From Erysipelotrichaceae bacterium MTC7 (GTDB lineage Bacteria; Bacillota_I; Bacilli_A; Erysipelotrichales; Erysipelotrichaceae), in NCBI GenBank assembly GCA_001695645.1, contig LVZN01000023.1, forward strand, positions 60,001 through 92,000: a DNA stretch of 32,000 nucleotides, in the 5' to 3' direction. A model generated the notes under the pieces. That model was given only the letters and a program-made list of their open reading frames with translations, had not been told where the DNA came from and did no database searches. Below are positions 7,794 to 16,367 of this stretch, piece after piece (position 1 is the stretch's first letter; the number at the start of each line of letters is the position of its first letter). Made by a program: the position numbers and the translations under genes.

Positions 7794-8303
7794 ATGATGA
7801 AACAAGTACTAGACGCAAATGGTATGCGTCGCTCACTTATACGAATCACCCATGAAATTCTTGAACACAACAAAGGTGTGGATCAAATTGTTTTGGTCGG
7901 TATAGAAACCCGTGGAATTGACCTAGCAAAACGAATTCAAGCAAACCTTGAAGCTTTCGAAAACAAACAGGTCGAATGTTATGGAATCAATGTGTATCCT
8001 TGGCGTGATGATGTAAAAGCTGAAGCAAAACCAACAATCGATTTACCCATCAACAATAAGAAAGTGATTCTTGTTGATGATGTGCTATTTAAAGGAAGAA
8101 CGGTACGTGCCGCCATGGATGCTTTGATGGCAAATGCTAGGCCCAAAGAAATCCAACTTGCCGTCTTGATTGATCGAGGACATCGGGAATTACCCATACG
8201 TGCAGATTACGTTGGAAAAAACATTCCAAGTTCCATCGATGAGATTATCCGTGTAAAAGTAGAAGAACAAGATGGCATCGATGCTGTTGTCATTGAAAAA
8301 TAG
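7794..8303 (+). CDS. pyrR: PyrR, bifunctional pyrimidine operon regulator / uracil phosphoribosyltransferase
   Basis: MMKQVLDANGMRRSLIRITHEILEHNKG..., PRPP-binding loop VILVDDVLFKGRTVRAAMDAL, and DRGHRELPIRADYVGKNIP. The track ORF start at 7755 is a hydrophobic extension inside the promoter. Confidence 0.85.
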   Translation: MMKQVLDANGMRRSLIRITHEILEHNKGVDQIVLVGIETRGIDLAKRIQANLEAFENKQVECYGINVYPWRDDVKAEAKPTIDLPINNKKVILVDDVLFKGRTVRAAMDALMANARPKEIQLAVLIDRGHRELPIRADYVGKNIPSSIDEIIRVKVEEQDGIDAVVIEK

Positions 8304-8317
8304 GAAGAAGGAGCATT

Positions 8318-9358
8318 ATGAATTTTAATAAAGATTATGTTTTAAAAATTGCTAAAGAATTATTGAGCATTGATAGCCCGACTGGTTACACCAGCAAGGC
8401 AATCGCTTACTTAGAAAAAGAAGTACAAACACTTGGTTTTACAACTTCACGTAACGCCAAAGGAAACTTGATTGTTTCTTTAAAAGGAAAAAGCGATTAT
8501 ACCGTTGGTTTATGTGCACACACCGACACCCTTGGTTTAATGGTTCGTTCCATTTCAAGTGATGGTTCACTTGCATTAACCAACTTAGGTGGACCTATTA
8601 TTCCAACCCTTGATGCAGAATACTGTCGCATTCATACAAGAAACGGTGATGTTTACACAGGAACCATTCTTGCCAATGTACCAGCTAGTCACGTATATCC
8701 AGATGCATCAACAAAAGAACGTAAGCTTGAAAACATGCTTGTACGTGTTGATGAAGTTGTTAAAAGCAAAGAAGACACAGAAAAACTAGGTATCCAAAAC
8801 GGTGACTTTGTGGCCATTGATCCAAAAGTAGAAATCACAAAAAGCGATTTTATCAAATCAAGATTCTTAGATGATAAGATTTCTGTTTCCATTTTAATGG
8901 GTATCCTCGAAACAATAAAAATGAACCAAATCGAGCTTCCTTACAACGTAGAAATGATTTTCTCTACCTATGAAGAAGTTGGACACGGTTCAAGCAACAT
9001 CCCTTCTCATATCAATGAACTTTTAGCTGTTGACATGGGGTGTATTGGTTTGGATCTTGCATGTACGGAATATGATGTAAGTATTTGTGCCAAAGATTCA
9101 AGTGGACCTTACGACTACAACATGACGACAAAACTTGTCAATCTGGCAAAAGCCAACGAACTGTCATATGCAGTGGATATCTATCCATACTACGGAAGCG
9201 ATGTTAGTGCTGCATTACGTGGTGGAAACAACATCCGTGGTGCCCTTGTTGGACCTGGCGTTCATGCAAGCCACGGAATGGAACGTACGCACTACCAAGC
9301 AGTGGAAAACACAATGAAACTTGTTTATGCTTATATTACCGACAAAGACCTCGCGTAG
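8318..9358 (+). CDS. M42 family aminopeptidase (glutamyl aminopeptidase / FrvX-YpdE-like)
   Basis: RBS GAAGGAG. Motifs GLCAHTDTLGLMV, SRFLDDKISV and STYEEVGHGS are typical of M42 metallopeptidases. Confidence 0.8.
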   Translation: MNFNKDYVLKIAKELLSIDSPTGYTSKAIAYLEKEVQTLGFTTSRNAKGNLIVSLKGKSDYTVGLCAHTDTLGLMVRSISSDGSLALTNLGGPIIPTLDAEYCRIHTRNGDVYTGTILANVPASHVYPDASTKERKLENMLVRVDEVVKSKEDTEKLGIQNGDFVAIDPKVEITKSDFIKSRFLDDKISVSILMGILETIKMNQIELPYNVEMIFSTYEEVGHGSSNIPSHINELLAVDMGCIGLDLACTEYDVSICAKDSSGPYDYNMTTKLVNLAKANELSYAVDIYPYYGSDVSAALRGGNNIRGALVGPGVHASHGMERTHYQAVENTMKLVYAYITDKDLA

Positions 9359-9375
9359 GTCTTTTTTTCTTGGCC

Positions 9376-9402
9376 AAAAAAAACCAACGATTATCTCGTT
9401 GG
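9376..9402 (-). terminator. Rho-independent terminator overlapping the stop codon of the small wHTH gene
   Basis: Minus strand: ccaacga-gataa-tcgttgg followed by TTTTTTTT. A weak plus-strand hairpin gacct-cgcgt-aggtc plus T7 at 9347-9368 probably serves the M42 gene. Confidence 0.7.
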
Positions 9403-9570
9403 CTCCCATTTGCATCGTACAGGTGATACAATTGCTTCCTCTTTTTTAAGTTCTTTGAAAGCTTTATCGATGTCTTTACGATCAAGTCCAGACAGTTTTT
9501 CAACTTCTCCAGCACTCATTGGTTGACCGTGTTCTTTCATCACTTCCAATACTTTTTCTTTTACATCCAT
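9391..9570 (-). CDS. Small winged-helix-like DNA-binding protein (59 aa)
   Basis: MDVKEKVLEVMKEHGQPMSAGEVEKLSGLDRKDIDKAFKELKKEEAIVSPVRCKWEPTR. RBS AAAGAGGTG lies 6 nt before the ATG at 9570. The pattern resembles short wHTH proteins; this comes from recollection, not a search. Confidence 0.55.
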   Translation of the reverse strand: MDVKEKVLEVMKEHGQPMSAGEVEKLSGLDRKDIDKAFKELKKEEAIVSPVRCKWEPTR

Positions 9571-9930
9571 GCTATGCACCTCTTTCTATTTCTAGATATA
9601 GTATAGCAAATCAGTCACTTCCAATTAACTAAAATGCTTAAGAAAAAAGTAGGGTTCGCCTGCTTTCTCACCTGTTTTACAAATTCAAGTTTTTTCTTTT
9701 CGAGACATCAATCAAATCGACTATGATGCTTTGAAATATATAAATATTTTTCTTTGAAGTAGCATTAATTTTTGCAAACAAATTGTCTGTATTGAATTTT
9801 TATGGAATGTTTGTGATATTTTATGATGTTGTTTAGAATCGCTTGAGACGATTTGCACATGATGCTATCATATACATGTTTTCATACAAATCCTCTGTTA
9901 TTGAAAACGTATCAATCAAAATCTCGATAA

Positions 9931-9970
9931 AACGCAAAAAAGTTTCCCATAACAGGAAACTTTTTGCGTT
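9931..9970 (-). terminator. Terminator of ptsI
   Basis: aacgcaaaaaagtttcc / ggaaactttttgcgtt form a ~16-bp stem with one bulge and a 7-nt loop, starting 7 nt after the ptsI stop. Flanked by A/T runs. Confidence 0.75.
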
Positions 9971-9976
9971 TATATC

Positions 9977-11683
9977 TTATTTATTGATAACTGATTCTAC
10001 GTAAGCTTCAACTTCAGCAGCCGTTTCAAATGTTAAACATTTTTCAGCAACAGCTTCCATTTCTTTCTTATCTAATGAAGTAATCATTTTACGAGCACGT
10101 AAGATTGAAGTCGCTGACATAGAGAACTCATCAAGTCCAAGTCCTAGAAGGATTGCAACTGCATTTGGTTCACCAGCCATTTCTCCACACATACCAGCCC
10201 ATTTGCCTTCTTTGTGCGCTCCATCGATTGTCATTTTAACTAAACGAAGGATTGCTGGGTTATATGGTTGGTATAAGTAACTTACTTTTTCACTCATACG
10301 GTCAGCTGCCATTGAGTATTGGATAAGGTCATTTGTTCCAATTGAGAAGAAGTCAGCGTGTTTAGCAAATTGGTCAGCAAGTACTGCAGCAGCAGGAATT
10401 TCAACCATCATACCAACTTCAATGTTGTCACTTACTTCAACACCTTCAGCAATTAACTCAGCTTTACATTCTTCGAAGAATGCTTTTGCTTCTACGAATT
10501 CATTCACTGTCGCAATCATTGGGAACATAATACATAATCTTCCGTAGATTGATGCACGACATAATGCACGTAATTGTGTTCTGAAGATATCTTTTCTATC
10601 TAAACATAGACGAATTGCACGATATCCTAAGAATGGATTCATTTCTTCTGGGAATTCAAAGTAAGGAAGTTTTTTATCTCCACCGATGTCTAATGTACGA
10701 ACAACGACACGTTTTCCTTGCATTCCTTCAAGTACCATTTTGTATGCGATGAATTGTTCATCTTCTGTTGGGAAGTCTTGTGAGTTCATGTACAAGAATT
10801 CTGTACGGTAAAGTCCCACACCTTCTCCACCATTTTCAAGAACACCTTCAACATCTTTTGGTGTACCGATGTTTCCAGCAAGTTCTACATGGTGTCCATC
10901 TTTTGATACTGATGGTTGGTCAACTAATACTTTAAGTGCTTCTTTTTCTTCTTCGTGAGCAACACGTTTAGCTTCGTATTCCACTTTTTGTTCAGCCGTA
11001 GGATCTAAAATTACATCCCCTTTAATTGCATCAAGGATAACTTCTTGACCGTGTTTTGCTGTTTCAAGGATTCCAGCACATCCAACAACTGCAGGAATTT
11101 CTAAACTTCTTGCCATAATTGCCGAGTGACTTGTTCTACCACCAATTTCAGTAGCAAATCCTTTTGTATATTTTTTATTTAACTGTGCTGTGTCAGATGG
11201 TGTTAAATCGTATGCTACGATTACAACTTCTTCGTCGATAGCCGTTAAATCAGGAATTTGAACTCCTAATAAGTTTGCTTTTAAACGTACGGTAACATCT
11301 TTAATATCCGCTGCACGTTCACGCATGTAAGCATCATCCATTGATTCAAACATTGAAACATACATACTTGCAACACTATCAGCTGCGTATTCTGCATTAC
11401 ATTTGTCTGAGTTGATTTGTCCTTCAACAGCACCAATGAATTCTGGGTCTTGTGCAACCATTAAGTGGGCATCAAATACAGCAAGTTCTTCTGCGCTTAA
11501 GTTTGATGAAGCTCTTTCTTTAATAGCTTCAATGTCCTTAACCGTTTGTTCAACTGCAGCATTTAATTTTGCAATTTCCTCTTCTGGGTTTGCTTCTTTC
11601 TTTTCGATTTTCATTTCTGGCATTTCAAGTTTGTAGACTTTAGCAATCGCTACACCACTTGACGCCGCAATACCTTTTAACAT
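9977..11683 (-). CDS. ptsI: Phosphoenolpyruvate-protein phosphotransferase (PTS enzyme I)
   Basis: Start [19 protein letters not shown] at 11683 with GGAGGA upstream. Phospho-His region [24 protein letters not shown]-utilising C-terminal motifs [12 protein letters not shown] and MCGEMAG. Confidence 0.95.
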   Translation of the reverse strand: MLKGIAASSGVAIAKVYKLEMPEMKIEKKEANPEEEIAKLNAAVEQTVKDIEAIKERASSNLSAEELAVFDAHLMVAQDPEFIGAVEGQINSDKCNAEYAADSVASMYVSMFESMDDAYMRERAADIKDVTVRLKANLLGVQIPDLTAIDEEVVIVAYDLTPSDTAQLNKKYTKGFATEIGGRTSHSAIMARSLEIPAVVGCAGILETAKHGQEVILDAIKGDVILDPTAEQKVEYEAKRVAHEEEKEALKVLVDQPSVSKDGHHVELAGNIGTPKDVEGVLENGGEGVGLYRTEFLYMNSQDFPTEDEQFIAYKMVLEGMQGKRVVVRTLDIGGDKKLPYFEFPEEMNPFLGYRAIRLCLDRKDIFRTQLRALCRASIYGRLCIMFPMIATVNEFVEAKAFFEECKAELIAEGVEVSDNIEVGMMVEIPAAAVLADQFAKHADFFSIGTNDLIQYSMAADRMSEKVSYLYQPYNPAILRLVKMTIDGAHKEGKWAGMCGEMAGEPNAVAILLGLGLDEFSMSATSILRARKMITSLDKKEMEAVAEKCLTFETAAEVEAYVESVINK

Positions 11684-11721
11684 TTTGCATCCTCCGAATC
11701 TCTTATTAATCTCTAATGTCA

Positions 11722-11749
11722 ATTATACCAAACTCATTCCTAAAATCAA
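11722..11749 (-). promoter_or_regulatory. Candidate sigma-A promoter of ptsI
   Basis: Minus strand: TTGATT, 16 nt, TGgTATAAT (extended -10), about 38 nt upstream of the ATG. Confidence 0.55.
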
Positions 11750-11766
11750 ACAAGTTATAGCACTTT

Positions 11767-11799
11767 TGAAACCGTTCACATATTCGTGACATCTGTCAC
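11767..11799 (-). promoter_or_regulatory. Two adjacent operator-like palindromes upstream of the ptsI promoter
   Basis: Minus strand: TGTGA-cagatg-TCACg, a near-perfect TGTGA-N6-TCACA. It is followed by aTGTGAAcggtTTCAaaa, which matches cre (TGWAANCGNTNWCA) at 13 of 14 positions and also resembles a Rex box (TTGTGAA-N4-TTCACAA). Confidence 0.35.
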
Positions 11800-11818
11800 A
11801 AAAAAAGGAAAAGACAAT

Positions 11819-12496
11819 TTATGCTTTCCCTATTCTTTCATTCTCATTCATTTTTAAGATTGCATCGCAAGCTTCTGACATTGTATCAACAATCATATCT
11901 GCCTCACTTTGATTAATGCCAAAGTTATAATCTTTGATGGCAATGACAAACATACCAGCCCGTTTTCCCGCCTTGATTCCATAATACGAGTCCTCGATTA
12001 CCACACACTGTTCTGGTTGTAAGGAAAAGTGAGCTGCACAAGTTAGGTAGATTTCAGGATTTGGTTTACTGTCTTTAAACATTTCACCAGAAATGACCCA
12101 ATCCAAATAGGGATACAAGTTGCAGTTTTTTAAATTTTGTTCCAATGATTCTTTGCGTGAAGAACTTGCAACAGCCACATACATACCATGATCTTTCAAT
12201 CGTTGGAAAGCTTTTGGAACATCAGGAAACATAATCTCCTTGTAGTTCAACTTACGCACATGTGCACGGTGTTCCCATAAGTGTTCGCGAAAGACTTCAT
12301 ATGAATACGGTGCATTTGCATGTTCATAAACCTTATGCCACAAATCCATCTGTGGTGATGAACCAATCAAGTTTTTTAGTTCTTGCTCATCATACGGTAA
12401 TTCCATTTTCTTCATAAATTTCTCATTGGATTCCACCATTAACACTTCTGAGTCAACAATGACACCATCGAAATCACTAAATATCGCTTTTATCAT
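11819..12496 (-). CDS. HAD-superfamily hydrolase (beta-phosphoglucomutase / sugar-phosphatase-like)
   Basis: N-terminal nucleophile motif IFSDFDGVIVDSE, VAVASSS, and VVIEDSYYGIKAGKRAGM. Confidence 0.8.
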   Translation of the reverse strand: MIKAIFSDFDGVIVDSEVLMVESNEKFMKKMELPYDEQELKNLIGSSPQMDLWHKVYEHANAPYSYEVFREHLWEHRAHVRKLNYKEIMFPDVPKAFQRLKDHGMYVAVASSSRKESLEQNLKNCNLYPYLDWVISGEMFKDSKPNPEIYLTCAAHFSLQPEQCVVIEDSYYGIKAGKRAGMFVIAIKDYNFGINQSEADMIVDTMSEACDAILKMNENERIGKA

Positions 12497-12530
12497 AATT
12501 TCATTTTACACCTTTTTTACTAAATTGAAA

Positions 12531-12558
12531 GTAAGGTAGAGAATTATCCCTACCTTAC
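12531..12558 (-). terminator. Hairpin between murQ and the HAD gene (partial terminator or processing site)
   Basis: 9-bp stem gtaaggtag / ctaccttac with a 10-nt loop. On the minus strand it is followed by TTTCAATTT. Confidence 0.35.
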
Positions 12559-12562
12559 ACAT

Positions 12563-13453
12563 TTACTTTATATTTCGTATATGTCCTTTGCTTGCTTCAA
12601 GTAAAGTTTCAGCTTCAGTTGCGTCACATTGATGTAAAATCATAACAATTGCAACTTTCACTCGATTTCCACTTGCCGCAATTGCTTGTTCAATGACTTC
12701 ATCACTTGCATCTGTTACTTCTTTAATGATGTTCTTTCCTCTTTGAACAAGTTTTTTGTTTGATAGTTTTACATCGACCATCAAGTTTTCATAGGCTTTT
12801 CCTACTCCAACCATCGCTCCTGTTGAAATCATATTTAAGATTAACTTTTGCGTGGTTCCTGCTTTCAAACGAGTTGATCCGGTTAAGATTTCTGGACCAG
12901 GTACTGCTTCAATTGCTAGTTTTGCAACTGCACCTATCTCACTGTTTTTATTACATGCAATTGCAACGGTATGACATCCAATTTCATTTGCATATCCTAG
13001 TGCTTCAATTACATATGGTGTTCTTCCACTTGCTGCTAAACCAACGATAAGATCTTGTTTGTTTATCTCAATGCGTTTTAAGTCTTCAACACCTTCACTT
13101 AATGAATCTTCACTACCTTCTTTTGCTTTTACAAATGCACTATCTCCACCAGCAATTAAGCCAATAACTGTGTCATAAGAAACGCCAAAGGTTGGGGGAC
13201 ATTCCACAGCATCAAGTACACCTAAACGTCCCGATGTTCCTGCACCCATGTAAATGATTCGTCCACCGTTATTTAATGCTTCAATTCCCCACGTAATTGC
13301 TTGTGCAATTTCAGGTAGTACTTTTTCTATCGCTTCAGGAACTTTTTTGTCTTCCTCATTCATTTTCTTTGCAAACTCTAGTGGTGACAAAACATCCAAA
13401 TCCATCGTATCTGGATTTCTTTGTTCCGTTGTTAATTTTGTTAAATCTATCAT
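12563..13453 (-). CDS. murQ: N-acetylmuramic acid 6-phosphate etherase
   Basis: LTTEQRNPDTMDLD, SIS-domain GAGTSGRLGVLDAVECPPTFG, and GSTRLKAGTTQK. RBS AAGGAG. Confidence 0.9.
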   Translation of the reverse strand: MIDLTKLTTEQRNPDTMDLDVLSPLEFAKKMNEEDKKVPEAIEKVLPEIAQAITWGIEALNNGGRIIYMGAGTSGRLGVLDAVECPPTFGVSYDTVIGLIAGGDSAFVKAKEGSEDSLSEGVEDLKRIEINKQDLIVGLAASGRTPYVIEALGYANEIGCHTVAIACNKNSEIGAVAKLAIEAVPGPEILTGSTRLKAGTTQKLILNMISTGAMVGVGKAYENLMVDVKLSNKKLVQRGKNIIKEVTDASDEVIEQAIAASGNRVKVAIVMILHQCDATEAETLLEASKGHIRNIK

Positions 13454-13484
13454 GCGTACTCCTTACCGAATAATGTAGTCTACT

Positions 13485-14186
13485 CTATTCCTTTTCAGAA
13501 AACTTAGCAACTTCAGTAGCGAAACGTTTTGTTAGTATTTCTGGACGCGTAATACTCGTTCCAACTACCACAGAATGCGCTCCACTTTCCAATGCCATTC
13601 TCGCCTCATTAGGTGTTTCAATTTTTCCTTCTGCGATAATAGGTGTATTTGTAAACGCCGCTATGTCTTCAATTAACTTCAAGTTTACAGACGTGACATT
13701 CGAACTTTCACTCGTATATCCAGAAAGTGTAGTTGAAAGTATATCAAATCCAAGTGTATCAGCATATTTTGCCTCTTCTAATGTTGAAATTTCTCCCATC
13801 ACCAAGACATCTGGATAATTTTGTTTAATTTTTAATACTATGTCCTTAATGTTCTCCCCATTAGGTCTAGCCCTTTTTGTTGCATCAAGAGCGATAATTT
13901 CAATACCAACTTCTAGTATTTCTACTGCACTCTCATATGTTGGTGTGATATAAACTTCACAATCGTCACGAAATTGTTTATTTATTCCGATTAATGGTAA
14001 ATCTACTTTTTCTTTAATCGCTAATAAATTATCTTTTCCAGTTGCACGAATACCAACTGCACCACCTTCTTTAGCAGCAGTAGCAAATGCTGCCATGATT
14101 GATGTGCCATACATCGCCCATCCAACACGAGCTTGACATGAAACAATCAACCCACCTTTGATTTCTTTCATTATTTGATTTTTCAT
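13485..14186 (-). CDS. nanE: Putative N-acetylmannosamine-6-phosphate 2-epimerase
   Basis: GGLIVSCQA..., LPLIGINK, VYITPT, IALDATKRARP, STTLSGYT, IIAEGKIETP and VVVGTSITRP follow the NanE pattern. The ATG abuts the stop of the upstream PTS gene. Confidence 0.85.
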   Translation of the reverse strand: MKNQIMKEIKGGLIVSCQARVGWAMYGTSIMAAFATAAKEGGAVGIRATGKDNLLAIKEKVDLPLIGINKQFRDDCEVYITPTYESAVEILEVGIEIIALDATKRARPNGENIKDIVLKIKQNYPDVLVMGEISTLEEAKYADTLGFDILSTTLSGYTSESSNVTSVNLKLIEDIAAFTNTPIIAEGKIETPNEARMALESGAHSVVVGTSITRPEILTKRFATEVAKFSEKE

Positions 14187-15779
14187 TTAGAACATCCCAA
14201 TCATCTTTCCAACAATTCCAAGAATAAAACTTACAATTACACAAATGTACATTCCTTTTTTGTTTTTCATTAGTAATTGGTAGAATCCCAAAGTAATCAA
14301 TAAAGGAATTAAGCATGGCAAAATTGAGTCTAATAATTCTTGAACAACTATTTCTTTTTCTCCAAAAGTCCATACATAAGCAACTGGTGCTTTTACAAAT
14401 CCTACAATCATCGCACCAACAACCATCATTCCGACAATTGTTGCACCTTGTACAAACTTATCAATCAAGTTACCTTCTTTCATACGGGCAACAATGCTTG
14501 TTCCTAGAGCATACCCGTGTTTAATAAATAACCATCTTGATCCTACGTTTAAAATCAAGTTAGGAACAATAAAGATAATTGGTCCTAAAATGCTACCATC
14601 TAATGCAAGACCTGCTCCAATAGCAGCAAATACCGTCATAAAGGTTGCCTTAAATACAGAATCTCCAATTCCTGATAAAGGACCCATCAACGCAGCTTTT
14701 GTAGAAGAAATTGCTTCTCCTGTAATTGGTTTTCCTAACGCTCTTTGTTCCTCAAGTGCTAATGACACACCCATTACAGCATTTCCTGTGTATGGATGAC
14801 AGTTAAAGAACTCATTGTGACGTGTTAATGCTTCTGTCAAATCATCTTGATTTGGATAAAGTTTCTTAAGTGCAGGAATCATTGCAAACGCAAACCCTAA
14901 ACTACAGTAACGTTCATAGTTAATACTAGTCATCGAGAAGAATGAACGGAAGAATGTAGAACGTAACTCTTTTTTTGTAAGAATATGTTCAAGTTCTTCT
15001 GGAGCACTTGATCCACCATCATCATCTAAATCAAATTCATCTTTTGGTTCGTTTTTCTTTTCAAAGATGAACATTGCTGCTGCAATACCAAATCCGAGCA
15101 ATGAAACTGGTAGAACTGCTAAATTAACATACGTAGCTAATACGAAGCCAATTAAGAAGAATGGCCAATATTTTTTCATATCCATCATCTTCAATAGCAT
15201 TGCCATACCAACAGCTGGTAAGATTCCTGATGCGACCTTCATTCCATCTGTGACGATAGCAGGTAAACTTGCAACAACATTGTTTACAAAATCACTACCA
15301 AAGTATACTGCCAAAAATGACGGAATAAAGAAAACAATAAAGAATATCGGTAATCCCGCTAAGTGAGCAAATTCTACTTTACGGATTTCACCTTTTGCTA
15401 AATATGTATCTGCACGGTGCATAATAATGATGTTAATGTTCCATGCAAACATAATAAGTAATTGAGCAAGCATTCCGATTGGCAATGCCAATGTGATCCC
15501 TACTTCAGGATTACCACCGTTTTGAATGGCAAACACTGTTGAGAGCATACCTGCAATTTGCGCATTTGGTGGTACACTACCCCCAATAGGCAAGATACCC
15601 ATATACATAAGTTCAACACTACCACCTACAATAAGTCCAGTTTGAACATCTCCTAAAATTAATCCAATTAATGGTCCTGCGAAAATCGGACGTGAAATCA
15701 TCCAATATCCGTAACCATAATTCTCAGTTATTACTATTCCAATAAATACACTTAGTAATAACGCAGTTACTAATGACAT
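14187..15779 (-). CDS. PTS mannose/sorbose-family EIIC and EIID fused in one 530-aa polypeptide
   Basis: The N-terminal half is EIIC-Man-like (ISRPIFAGPLIGLILGD...GGSVPPNAQIAG). An acidic linker (EKKNEPKDEFDLDDDGGSSAPEE) follows. The C-terminal half is EIID-like (LTKKELRSTFFRSFFSMTSINYERYCSLGFAFAMIPALKKLYP...). RBS GAGGGAA. Confidence 0.85.
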   Translation of the reverse strand: MSLVTALLLSVFIGIVITENYGYGYWMISRPIFAGPLIGLILGDVQTGLIVGGSVELMYMGILPIGGSVPPNAQIAGMLSTVFAIQNGGNPEVGITLALPIGMLAQLLIMFAWNINIIIMHRADTYLAKGEIRKVEFAHLAGLPIFFIVFFIPSFLAVYFGSDFVNNVVASLPAIVTDGMKVASGILPAVGMAMLLKMMDMKKYWPFFLIGFVLATYVNLAVLPVSLLGFGIAAAMFIFEKKNEPKDEFDLDDDGGSSAPEELEHILTKKELRSTFFRSFFSMTSINYERYCSLGFAFAMIPALKKLYPNQDDLTEALTRHNEFFNCHPYTGNAVMGVSLALEEQRALGKPITGEAISSTKAALMGPLSGIGDSVFKATFMTVFAAIGAGLALDGSILGPIIFIVPNLILNVGSRWLFIKHGYALGTSIVARMKEGNLIDKFVQGATIVGMMVVGAMIVGFVKAPVAYVWTFGEKEIVVQELLDSILPCLIPLLITLGFYQLLMKNKKGMYICVIVSFILGIVGKMIGMF

Positions 15780-15797
15780 ATAGTTCCCTCTATCTTT

Positions 15798-16262
15798 CTA
15801 AATTAGTTTCATTAAATCTTCACTTGAATCTGAAGGTGTAGTTCGTATATCAAGTGCAACACCATTAGCATCTAACTTTTTGAAGTCTTCAATCATCGCA
15901 TCATCAACGTATACGGTTTTTGAAAGCTGACGTCGTCCTTCTTTAAAGTAAATACCTCCCACATTAATTGAGTCGAATGCAACTCCATTGTTCATCATTT
16001 TAACAAGAACTCCTGGTTCTTTTACAACGATGAAGAAACGCTTATTTTCGTTTCTTTCTAAAAACTTTACTGCTTTTTCATCATCAACAACTAAGCATTT
16101 CAAACCTGCGGGGCAAGCCATTTCTAATAATGATTTTTGAAAATCATCTTTAGATACTTCGTTATCAACAACCATTACTACGTCTACTTTATACGCAGTG
16201 GTCCAAGCAAAAGCAACTTGGCCATGAATTAATCTTTCATCAATTCTTGTAATTGTAATCAT
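15798..16262 (-). CDS. PTS mannose/sorbose-family EIIB
   Basis: MITITRIDERLIHGQVAFAWT contains the phospho-His of EIIB-Man. RBS GGAGGA. At 154 aa there is no fused EIIA domain. Confidence 0.9.
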   Translation of the reverse strand: MITITRIDERLIHGQVAFAWTTAYKVDVVMVVDNEVSKDDFQKSLLEMACPAGLKCLVVDDEKAVKFLERNENKRFFIVVKEPGVLVKMMNNGVAFDSINVGGIYFKEGRRQLSKTVYVDDAMIEDFKKLDANGVALDIRTTPSDSSEDLMKLI

Positions 16263-16291
16263 TTGGTATCCTCCATTTTCTTTACACCTTC

Positions 16292-16319
16292 ATCATAAAC
16301 TAATGAAACTATATGTCAA
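16292..16319 (-). promoter_or_regulatory. Promoter of the amino-sugar PTS operon, with a GTTTCAT half-site in the spacer
   Basis: Minus strand: TTGACA, 16 nt (tataGTTTCATtagtt), TATGAT, about 30 nt upstream of the EIIB ATG. Confidence 0.6.
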
Positions 16320-16338
16320 TAAACTAGGCGCATAACGA

Positions 16339-16367
16339 AACAAAGTTTCATATAATGAAACTTTGTT
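16339..16367. promoter_or_regulatory. Perfect 13-3-13 palindrome, a candidate RpiR/MurR operator, overlapping the regulator stop codon
   Basis: AACAAAGTTTCAT-ATA-ATGAAACTTTGTT. The ATGAAAC/GTTTCAT half-site recurs at 16303-16309 inside the promoter spacer. Confidence 0.5.

Noticed and set aside
14071-14373. 100-aa minus-strand ORF spanning the PTS EIID / nanE junction
   Set aside because: It is out of frame with two strongly supported genes and overlaps both. It has no RBS.
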